Of a stretch of 64,000 bases of DNA, positions 24,756 through 36,200 are shown in pieces; the stretch's first letter is position 1, and every line of letters starts with the position of its first letter. The stretch is from Catajapyx aquilonaris (Eukaryota). The notes below the pieces were generated by a model. The model saw only the letters and a program-made list of their open reading frames with translations. It ran no database searches and was not told the origin of the DNA. Location: positions 1 through 64,000 of the forward strand of contig KZ538823.1 in the NCBI GenBank assembly GCA_000934665.2, read 5' to 3'. The translations under genes were made by a program, and so were the position numbers.

Positions 24756-25603
24756 TAAGTTTTGTCGAATGTGTTTAGAAGACTGTAATTATTTCGTTAT
24801 TGATTGTCGAATTATCGATCAAAAATAAATTGTCGTGAATACTAAATTGTGCTACCTACGATTTCACTTGGAAGGGGCCACATCGTTGATGGTAAATTAA
24901 TGTGCACTATGAAGTGCATGGACTGCATAGACTACACCAGAAGGCTGCAATTATTTTCACGGAGATATTTAAAGTAAAGACAATTACTGACATCTTCCCT
25001 TGTCTCAAATTTCTTCCCTCGCATCTACAATAAATACTACCGCAACAACCGAACCCGGAGGAATCTGCACGAAAAGGGAGGAGATCAGCCAACAGACGAA
25101 ACACCATCGGCAGAACATTTTGATATGTCCAGGAACCGTTAGCGCTGTCCAGCGTAAGCCAGACGCAAGTTAACCCCCCATACAATTTCTTACTCGGCCA
25201 ATATCTGCATTTTTGGTGGGTTGACAAATTTAATTATTTTTTTTGTCGGAAGCGTCTCTCTCTCTGTCGCATGATCCTTTGTACAACAATTACCAGTAAT
25301 CGGTCAGCTGCGATCGATTTGGGCAGAAAGGAGGGGAATCGCAACAAATCGAAGTCCACAACAAGAAGAGACGCCAAAAGATTGCGCAGTCGCTTCCAGT
25401 TTTGTTAAATCCCTGAATGTGGGCAGCCCCGGTGTTGTTTAAGGGGCCACCAGAAGAAGTATACGAAACCGCACGTAATGCAGAAAGTTAGAGATACACC
25501 AGAAGTACGGGGATTTATAAACAAATATCTGCAGCAGACATGATGAGTTCATGAGAGGATTTCATACCGCGTAGTTACAAGGAACATTTACCCACTTACT
25601 ATT

Positions 25604-26820
25604 TCACGAAGACTTTCCGGTACTTCGGTCTTCGTCGTCCTCTTCCTCTTCCTCTTCAAGTTCCTCCTCCTCTTCTTCCTCTTCGTCGCCTTCGGAGTAG
25701 ACCAGGTGGTGATGGTGGTGGTTGTTGTTGGTGCCGTCGCCGTTCTCTTCAGCAATACCCCCGTTCATCACCAAGACCCTATCGCTTTCGGACATATCCG
25801 AGCCGGACCTCGAAGGTGACCGGGACCTGGACCTAGACCCATTGTAACTGCTCTGGCTGTATCCTGAAGGATGTCTTCGGCGGATGACCCTCCTGTTGGC
25901 GTTGCCTGCGCTGCTCATTGAAAGGTCTTCTGGTTCGGTCTGCTCCGGTGGTAGATGGTGGTGGTTGTTATGGTGATGGTGGTTGTTATGATGGTTATGG
26001 TTGTGGTGGTTGTGGTGGTTGAGCGCGTCCAAGTGATGGAGGGCCTCCGTCTCTCTTCGAGGACTCGGCGACGTGATGGTGGCCACCGGCAGTCGGATGA
26101 CCCTGCGTGTCTCTCGGGGCTTCCTCTCCCTCTTTTTATTGTTGTTGGGGTTGTCGCCATCAACCAACAGGTAGTGGTGGTTGTTATGATTGTTGAGGTC
26201 ATTCTCCTCTTCCTCTTCTTCCTCTGGCGCAACCACCACCCTGGGCCTTCGACCTCTTCGAGGTTTCCCGATGTTCTTCTCGTCGTTGGGGCACTTGTGG
26301 TGCAATAGGTGATGCCGTCTTCGGAACCGTCCTTGACACCGGACGCACTGGAATGGCTTTTCTCCCTTATGGATTAGCATGTGAGCCTTGAGCTGATTCG
26401 AGTCTGAGAATCTGGAGGTACACAGTTCGCAGGCATAGGGTCTTTCACCGGTATGAACTCGAAGATGCCTTCGAAGGTTGGCCACCTGTACGAACTGCCT
26501 CTCGCAATGGGTGCAATGATAGGGCTTCTCTCCCGTGTGCAGCCTCATGTGGGTTTTTAGGTGATGGTCCCGGGTGAATCGCTTATGGCATTCCTTGCAT
26601 TCGAATGGCTTTTCGCCGGTGTGAGTCCTCTCGTGGTTTTGCAGCACGTGCTTGTAACCGAAGCAACGATTGCATATGCTGCACATAAAGATTTTGTCAC
26701 GGCCGGGTTCACCTTTAATTCCACCATTGCCATTGCCATTACCACCAACACCATTGTTGCCACCACCACCATTACCGCCACCACCACCTTTGCCTCGACC
26801 ATTCGTTTGCTCGCTTTTAC
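25604..26820 (-). CDS. Kr: Kruppel, terminal exon (five zinc fingers, PEDLS motif)
   Basis: tttttag|GT AAA. Fingers [84 protein letters not shown] and [19 protein letters not shown] are Kr-diagnostic. Contains [11 protein letters not shown] (CtBP-binding box). TGA at 25606-25604. Confidence 0.97.
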
Positions 26821-27222
26821 CTAAAAAGCACATTTGAAATAGGTCAAATCATTGCGGCCTGACATGTTTTTAACCATCTACTTCCCAGACACTTGACTCG
26901 TGCAATTATTTAGAATCAATAAATTTTAATATATCGAAGAAGAGGAAAACGCAAAGTTGACTACTTCTGGTATTCAGAGAGTTACAGCGTAGCAGTGTAT
27001 GCCATTTCTCATTATTACAGTCCCACATACACAGGCCTCCAATTTCAACATGTTACAATATATTCCAAGAAACAAATATTCCCGTCCCAAAATACATTGT
27101 GGGCAATTTAGTTAAATGCGCGTATTGCAATACCGGTATATTACGGTGCATTTAAAGCATACCATTCTACCCAATCAAGCCCATTCACTGAATAGTGAGA
27201 ATATCGTGCAAAAATTTCTTAC

Positions 27223-27705
27223 CATTGGTCGGTGGCGACAATGACGATGACGTGGTCTCCTCCTGCTGCATGGGTGGTGACAATGGCTCCTTCTTCAGGG
27301 TGTCGACAACAGCGTTCCTTCCTCTTCCTAAGACCTTGGCATTGTTCCGCTGCATCGGTACCTCCACCGTATTGTTGGTGGGACTGACCTGTGCTGGAGA
27401 AATGGCTCCCGTACGGTGGTGATTGTGGTGGTTGTGATTGTTGTTGTGGTGATGGTGATGAGGCAAAGGTGGTGAGTGATGGGGAACCAGCTTGGACCAA
27501 GGGAATAGAGACTCGTGATGGTGATGGTGATGGTGCACGCCCAAGAGAGGCGCCGCTCCTCCAGTTCCAAGGGCGGCCCCGGAGGACAGCAAGGGCAGGC
27601 CCGAGGCGCCTAAGGACAACGGTAATCCTCCGCTGCCACCGCTATTCACTGCTGCGAGGCTGGCCATCAAAGCCGCCGTGTGACTCGCCGCAGACAACAG
27701 TGCAC
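27223..27705 (-). CDS. Kr: Kruppel, middle coding exon
   Basis: cttgtag|GT GCA ... ACC AAT G|gtaaga, 483 nt, phase 1/1. Encodes ALLSAASHTAALMASL...LFPW...KKEPLSPP...LSPPTNG. Confidence 0.88.
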
Positions 27706-27850
27706 CTACAAGAAGAAGGTCAACCCTTTTACAAGCCACACGCCCCACTCAAAAGCAACCCGACACCAAAAGGGTTCGGGACTTGACATTGACCTGATTT
27801 TTGTTTTGATGGCAACCTGACGACCCGAATAGCAAAAAAAGAGAAATTAC

Positions 27851-28151
27851 CAGGTGAAGGGCCGAATAGGCTAGCAGCCGCAGCAGCTACAGCCTGACTG
27901 CTGGTAAGAAGCGGAAGTCCTCCTGGGGGAAGACCCCCCAGAACCGATCCTGAGACCAGCCTGGGATGGTTGGCAGTGCTAGTTGGTGTTCCCCCGCCAT
28001 TGCCCACCACGAGAAGACCATCCTGGTGTTGGTGGTGCTTGGAGGGACTGTTGATTCCACCTTTACCTCCGCTACTGGATGCGCTGCTGCTACTGCTGGT
28101 CGTGCATCGCTCTCCTTCCTCCTCCCGATCTGTGCTTACTACCTCCTTCAT
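27851..28151 (-). CDS. Kr: Kruppel, upstream coding exon (acceptor at 28163; true start uncertain)
   Basis: cttgcag|GG TTG GTG GGA ATG AAG ... TCA CCT G|gtaatt. Splicing restores AAAAASLFGPSPG-ALLSAASHTAALMA, matching the Kr N-terminal Ala-rich repression box. Total from ATG 28151 is 2001 nt. Confidence 0.82.
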
Positions 28152-29839
28152 TCCCACCAACCCTGCAAGTACATCGGTTCATTTCGTGTTAATTCATATC
28201 GCATTTGGATCCAGACTTCCAGATAGGGATCAGAAACCACCAGTTTCGACATTCCTATACTATCCTATCGTCATTCTTGTACCAAAATAATCGTCATTGC
28301 GAGTAAGGAATATTCTCCTACGGTACAAAATTCACCGTCTGTTACTTAAAAAGTGCGAATATGTACTTGTTTAAATTCATAATTTGATAGATTTTGTCAT
28401 AGGCTATGTAACTGTGCCGCGGAAAATGATCTCACTTGGTAATATAATTCAGTGAGAAGTAATGCATGGAACGAAAAGGTGCTGCATATTTTACAATTAA
28501 AAGTAATTTTACACGAATATTACCGAGAATTTAGAAATAAATTTTAACTTACGAGTATGACGTCCAAATAACGAGAATATTGTTGTACTTTATCCCAATT
28601 GTAACTCTAATGTGACGTCCTTTTGAAACCAATTTTAAAACTGTATGTCACTTGCAGTACAGTACAACCCCAGCCCAGCCCGGTTCTCGTGTATGTTGTA
28701 GTCTGCAATTATTTAGGCCTGTTGACGTAACAAGATGTTGATGTAACAAGATGCTTCGGCACTTTATTCCGAAATGTGCAGTGCAGTTCACGTAACTACC
28801 AGGGAATTGATGCAATATTTAACAGTCAGTTAAATTCCAATAATGCTTCGTAGAAAAGAACGGGATGATGGACTTTGCTTTAAAAATAGCAAAACTTAAA
28901 GCCGAAATGAATAAGCTAACGACTTCCTAAGAGAATTCTGACCTCTCCTAGACATGCTATTAGCTCTCATTATCTCTATACGGATCAAGAGCTATGCACG
29001 TGTTCCAATGCACTGGGCACAACGCGGTACGTGGCCCTGGAACTTTGAACTTGGGCCGACTTTGAGGTCTCTCCTCCCCGCCACCCCACCCCATGACAAC
29101 GTGTGCCCTGTACACATATAATGCATACCTTTCCGTCTTCGAAGATAAAGCGAAACTTCTCCTTTTTTTGAAACACCGTCAAGGTTCGGATCGAAGTTCA
29201 GCGGATCTTGGGGCAATAAGCCGGAATTTTGACCCCAATCGGTGAGTATCTACTTTTGTGTGAGTGTCAACGTTGACACTGCGTATCTCAAGCCTTTCCA
29301 CATGACCACACTAACTTATCTGCACAATTAACTTTTGCTCATTTCCTATTCTGGAATCCGAAATGTCAAGGGTATGAGTTACTTCAAGTTGAACGATCAC
29401 AAGGTGCTTGCAAAATGCTCTCATGTTTGAGATTCGAGAAAAAGCCCATGATTTTTTAATAATATTTGCCTTCCACAAACATTTCATTGACTTATGTGCA
29501 TTGGAGTCTATATGTTACAAAATGCTATTGGTAGAGCCACGGATTTGCAACATTTTCTCCAGTTTTGAACTGAACTGCACTATAGTGCATTTGAATTGTA
29601 GACAATCTTTATAGGAAGGCAGAAAAGGCACTTTCATTTACGTATCATCACACTGACTTGTAAGGCCAGAGTTTTTAGAAACACTCCGAGGGCATGGACT
29701 GCACCACTCGTGTACACTACCTGTGGAGTATCCATGGGATTCCTCGTAATAATGAAAATGGTAGCGCATCGAGATAATAATATACCCAGAGTTATCTGAA
29801 GTAGTTCGGGCATGGATAACAGGACTCGGAAATTTCATT

Positions 29840-30215
29840 TGGGAGACTAATTACCTGCATTTATGCCCCCCATCTCCGTCTATTATCATGATTATAATCC
29901 CGTAGACTAATACTCGTGGGCCTATGCATACATCTGCGGACAAGCTCAGTTTATAACGCGGTGCACGCAACTCCCACAGCTTATTATACGCAACTCCACA
30001 CGATTCCTAATATTTTAATTAAATTAATGGAGCAGGAACGACCAGCCTTGGGATGAGCTCGGGTTGCTCATTGGTCACAGAGTATCTTATAATATTGGAC
30101 CTTGTCCGGCTGACTCAACCGTGACATTTACGGAATCCGTTTTCATTCACCGTGTATATTACAGATTAGCAAACAACGCTATCATAGTGACAAAAGTCAA
30201 GTCACCTTGACTTTC
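29840..30215. promoter_or_regulatory. Candidate Kr proximal enhancer
   Basis: CAGGTAA (minus, 29851-29857), adjacent TTTATG, TAATCC (29895-29900), and AAAAGTCAAGTCACCTTGACTTT (30192-30214). Motif presence only. Confidence 0.3.
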
Positions 30216-33200
30216 ACTTGCACGAGCTCAAGAAAATTGTTAGAAATTATGCCAATATTGGTAACAGACAGCTTTCAGACATGGTTAAATTGCACGTCCA
30301 CTTATTGCTGACATATCCCACTTCAGCCAAATGCAATATCGGTCATGATGAAGTTTACCACAATCTTATCGCCCAAATATTATACCGGTACTCCAGATTA
30401 CAATGACGAGAACAAAAAGTGATGCCAGCTGGAGCTGAAGATGTCTTTTCCGATATGATAGCGCTGCCATGCTGATTCATTGCAGCCTTTGCGTACCGAC
30501 ATGTAACCCGGAGATAACAGATTCATGTAGATCAACCTCTGGCCTATGATACTGTATACTATAGGAGTCAGTAAAAACGTACAAATTTATTTTAATTTAT
30601 CACTGTGTATAATAAACTTAATGTGCATTACTCTACGTAATTAATGGTTACAGATGTCAGAAAATTACGTTGTATGATGGATTAACTAAATGCCTAGTTA
30701 GTATATGTTTTATTGCCAACATGCCATGCCACTGAAATTGATAGTTCCAAATGCTACATGTACTGATTATGGAAATGGCTTACGCCGTGTACAGTACATA
30801 CGATTACTACGTAAACGTGGAATATTTTCTACCCCACACGTAAGGCAAATATCACCCGCCACCATAACTGGATGCAGCCCACTACGGATCACCCAGTGCA
30901 ATAACTGAGGGCTAATAGATGCCCGAAAGGACGTGAAGTTGTCATATGCTATGAATTTGATGCACGGTACCTCATAAGTTACCTTACGCAAGCCATGAAA
31001 ACTCCGCATTTTTCCAAATCTCGTATCGCCCTAAGTTATCCGGAGTGGGTGGTCTTTGCCTTAAGACTAACTGCTGTAAGGACAGAGAATATGTGAAATG
31101 CTAAAAATAATAGCAGTTTGGAGAAAACAGTGTAGCAAGCCCATGTAAAATGTATTTGTCCGAAGTACGTGCATTATAGTTGCTTGGAATGGAACTATCA
31201 CGGAAATCACCCCCGACTCTAATCGTATTTGTCCGACTGTACGTACTCATTTGATTCACGACTTAAAGAAATGGTATGCATGCCTGTAAAACGGTCGCAA
31301 CCCACCATAATTCTTCAAACACCCCCATGAATAAGCATGTGTCGAATAAAAGAAGCTGAAGTAAAACCAGTGAAACTATCAAATGAATTGGAATTTCCCA
31401 ACAGTGACAGCAATCTCGGAATGTGTGAGTCTCGGAAATGACTGACTCATTCCCGTTCAACAAATAGGTGTGGTACTGTAACAATACGCGCCTACATTTC
31501 CAGAAACCGCTTGCGAGACCAAAATGAAGTAACGTCAACGAGAATACTGGAGCTCTATAATGACGAAATGTCCTCCGATATGAAGACCGGTATAAACCGC
31601 ACTGGCAGATCCACGGCACTAATGGGTACAAACCGCTGATATGATAGTAGGCAATGAAGGTGTAATCACGTGTATCGGGAAGAAGAAAGCTGACCTGGGT
31701 GAGGCTGCAGAGTTCCTCCAAAGTAAGAAAGAGCCATGGTCTTCTGGAGCTGATCCTTCCGTGGAGTGCAAGCATCACCCCGTGCAAGAACCCGACCCTT
31801 GGTGTAAGAGGGGATCCTGTACCCCGACCGACCCGACCACTCTGCTCGGGGACCAACCGACTACTAAAACCTCCCTCACGCCCTTCTTCCCTTCTGCCAA
31901 TCAGCACCACTCAGAAGGCCTCTCCTATCCTATCCTGCCCTACCCCAAAATTTCTCTCCTTTTTTTCCCTTTTCGCTCACTTTTGCCTTCCCCCAAAAAA
32001 GGGAAGAGGGGGCTACCCCCCTCTACCCTGAACCCCAAGGAGGGAAAAACCTGCTTGCAACCACTCTCAAACTTCCATTAGGTCGGGACAAGAAGAGGAA
32101 AAACCGAAGCCACAGCCAGATCCTCTCTGGCGTCGAACCAACATTCCTTTCTTCAGCTACAATCGACACTAGTCCCAACTCCTGATGCACTATGTCTGTC
32201 AATAGTGCTATCGATAGGTCTGTGCAAACAATGCTGACACGCAACTGCCTAATTCGCAAAAATTGGGTATGTCCAAGTGCTTATGAGGCTCTCACAAATT
32301 GAACAGGATCAGTCTGACAAGATATTTCGGCCAAATGGACAAATATGCTTCATTATCGTGTCATTTACTAATGCGCAATGTATACCAGCTCTATGCTAAA
32401 ATATGATCATGTATAGTGCCTTCGACCTATCCTCTCGCTGCTATATCACAAATAGCCATCAAGAAAAAGCCAAAAGGAGACATATCCAGCACTTACAAGT
32501 TAGAGTCTAATTGGAGTTAAGCAACCAGCGAAGCCAAATTTTTAAAAACGGAACAAATTTCAAGATAATGCAACATATTTGGGTCACAAACACATTACGC
32601 ACACAACAAACCATTGACAACCAATTTTTCTACAAATGCGAGTAATTTTCTCAATAATGTTTTCCAGGTTACCATTGGTTTCTGATGTTATTTCTAGTTA
32701 CTCTTACCCAACAAAAAATTGCTTGGCCTGAATTGTTCCTAACAACAATGATAGTCCCCGAATTGCTCATTATGATAATCATTTTTGATATAATAACAGA
32801 GTTGTAATACATAGCTGGCTGCATTGGTCTGCATGAGGATACCATTGAATATATGAATAAATGAGGCAAAATGTGCACTCTACACCGCTCTACACAATCG
32901 TCGACTTACGGCTTCTCCGGTGAACTAAACGCTTCAATGTGGAAATGATCACTATACGAGGTTGCAGAAATATGTCGGTGCTGACCTCCTTGGCCTCGTT
33001 TCCGCTTTTGACGCAAACACGCTGTTTAGGATACACCTCCTTCGCCCCCCTTCCACTACCCCCTTTTCCCTCCTGCCCCAGCAACACGGCAACTGGAAAT
33101 GCTCATTAAAGTTTCAGTAAGCACTCCTAGTTACAAGGCAAAAATACACCCTGGCGGTACGAAGAATATAAAAGGTTACCAAAGTGCGCTGGTTGCTGCC

Positions 33201-36200
33201 TAAAAGCTAATGGTCTTCGAGCGGACTATTTCCCTTTTTTACGGCTTCATTTTATATTTTTTCCATTTATTCCTTGCTCACACACTTTTACCTGATCTTA
33301 ATTTTTAATCGGTCCATAATCGCCTGTCGCTTTCGCAGTTTTTTTTCCTTTGTAAATCTTTTCTGGCATATGCGCATGCGATGTATACCTGCTCGCTCGT
33401 TGGACCGATCCACACTGGCTACACGTGGTCGAAATTATACATGCACTGGTCAGGTGGCATCGTTCAAAAATTAGCAAAGAAAAAAAAAGCAAACTGCGGA
33501 GTTGTAAAAGTCGACCCTGGACGTGACCGTACGTTATGATCCGCATCGGTGAAAATATTGCGAACACCTTTTCCCCATTTTCAGATGTTATTTATACCAC
33601 CGATTTCATAATATTTATTTCATAAAGCACTTGCACTTTGCCCATCCCCTCCTACTTACCCTTGGAACAATTAAATAATATAAATATCATATGGTTCCAA
33701 AAAATAGTGGTATTCCACTCCCCTAAAAAGGGTCCAAGGCCCGATAATGGGGTACAGTAAATTTTTAAAAAACAAACAAACAAACAAAACAAAAATTTTA
33801 TAAATATTCCAGTCTTAACATCAGTATTTAATATTTTTGATTTTTATTTAAGACTAAAATATCTGAAGGTAATTTACCATTTATCACCATGCCCTCAGGT
33901 GTGAAATGCCTGGAGTAGCTAAACACTTTTCATGATAATTGACTATGCAAATTTTCCGACCATAATATGCATATTGTCGGCAAAATGTATAAATTCTAGT
34001 TACTCTAGCAAACGCAAAATATTGATTCAGGCGGATTTACACCTACCTTCCGACACCATATACATGTACTCAGGATCAGACTCGGGCTTCTTCCACAACA
34101 TGATTGTGCAATCACTGCAGAATGACATGTAATTACACTGACACCGCAGGTGTACTTGATTACTGGCCGAGTCCGGACAAACTGTGCTCACGTTGACTGA
34201 TTTTCCCCCTTCCAAACAAATTGCATCTGACCGTATCTCTTTCCACTCATAAAACAAGAGACTAAGTACCCCGATAACGACTTCCATTGCGCCTTCCACC
34301 AATAGGATTAGACTGCCGGGCTTCTTTTGTTCTGCTCAGAAAATATTTGCACACCTCAGTGGAACGGGAGCGACTCGAGATTTTACATCCGACCGGAGAA
34401 GAATTGCGCTATAATCTGGTTGTCCATTAATTACATAACAGCTGGCATACCGAAGCTTCTGGGAAAGGAGTTATCAAATCCGAGTCAAGTCAGCTTTTCA
34501 CGAAAGGGCAGCATGATGTTGCTGAAATGTCTTAAATCACATTCCAGTCTACTTGATAAAAAGCTGAGAACTTTAAGACGTCATAACTTTTGCAAATATG
34601 GGCCTCCGCATAAAATATTTCATTTTTGGGTATGATATGTTGTCCTGTATTAGCATGTTAAATTTCATCAAGATCCGTCATTATCACCCTGGGACCTTCC
34701 CTAGTGAGCTCATGCTATTATCACTTAAACACGTGAATAACTGCTGCCTAAACGCATTTCCTGTGAAATTATATAGTATGTTCATCTTTCTTTTAAAATA
34801 ATAACGAGGTATGACCATTATTACTATACCTACTATGGTCCACGACTTTTATTTCAAATGCTGCATGTGCAATTTTTCAGGATGCATGCATATGATATTG
34901 TATTTCCTATGGCATTGTTTACAGTGCAGTGGTAGCAACGTGGTCTGGATATCACCACCCATAGGAAGCCCCAGCAAATTAGCAATAACTTTGACAAAAT
35001 ATCTTCTGTGGAAGACTCACATATTTGTAGATTTATTGCCCTTGCCCCTGTTATCAGCAAAGTGACTGCAGTGATGTCATCGCACCTGACCGCAGGTAAA
35101 AGATCAGGAGAGATAGCATACATCCGGATAAAAAAATGTGACATTGGATGTATTTTGTAGCAATATGATGCAACATTGCACAAAGCCTTTTGACGCAGGT
35201 TGTTAGAAATCCTTTCACGCCAATCCCAGATAGCATTATCTCCTATTAGGAAGCAAACTGCCCCTTGACTCCACCCCCATATCTCACCCCCCCGCTCACC
35301 CCCATACATTTTTTGGGCCATAGGAAAATAACGCTCTTGAAAACTAGTTCTTAGGTCTACACATTTTACAGGGTTTTTTTTCTTCCTTTTCTTGAAGAGG
35401 ATGATGACCCACCGTCTCACGTGATGTTGCCCAAGGAAGGTGGTAGGGGGTAGAAAAGATGTAAGCAGGCCCACCAGAAGGGTCTGTCTGAATGAACCCA
35501 AGGAAAGACCCCCACTCCCCTTAACCCCCCTCTTTCCATTCCTCAAGCCAGCTGAAATTTCGGGAGAAGAAGAACCGTTGGAACGCAAAGGAAGAGCAAA
35601 AATGTGGGCTTCTGGGCCCGTTAGCCGAAGGAAGAAACCCCAAAAAAACTACAAGTGAAGGAATTTGTGGGGTTAGCCAAAAATATGTCGCGAGGCTCAG
35701 GATGTGCTTGTCTGGACCCAACGTGTACTGAATTTGTCACGTTAGGATGAAGAATTGCGTAGGATGCCATGTTGTGTTCGGAGAGGATATCCGCCCACCT
35801 CGGAGCAAGATTCGCGGATTTTTCAAAAATACCTTTTTGCTCGATTACTATTGGCAATATTCATTATTTATTGAATCTGTACTACTACTGGCAAGCTAGC
35901 AAAGTGAACGTGTTTTTCCTCCCTCAGTGCTGATAACTATCAGAGCTCCAGGAACCTTTTTGACATATTGAACCTGCAGGGACGACTCCCCTGTTGTTGT
36001 TTACTGCTGCATAAATTCCCGAGCATTACATAAGTATTAGGCTCACGTCCACAAGGCTGTCTTTAGTGTCACCCAGTCAGCTACTGACCTGCCCCATAAA
36101 CCTCCCTAAATAAGAAGTACATCCGGAAAAAAAAATCTCTCTCGAAGCCTGTGTTAGTGTTAATGAGACTCTCTCGGAGTTTCAAGAGGCCCCCTTCCAA

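Noticed and set aside
25026..25049. Nanos response element in the Kr 3'UTR
   Set aside because: GUUGU and AUUGUA occur on the minus strand but 13 nt apart rather than the canonical 5.
25915..28290. Overlapping and antisense ORFs across Kr (poly-Val, poly-Thr)
   Set aside because: Shadow frames of His/Asn/Gly codon repeats.
31263..32081. 215-aa and 146-aa ORFs as genes
   Set aside because: No recognisable domain or splice structure; they overlap a homopolymer-distorted patch.
33660..33690. Phase-1 micro-exon MIFILFNCSKG as the Kr first exon
   Set aside because: Good GTAAGT donor but AT-rich, with no similarity to Kr N-termini.
34854..35588. 244-aa ORF
   Set aside because: No homology signal; starts in a distorted repeat patch.
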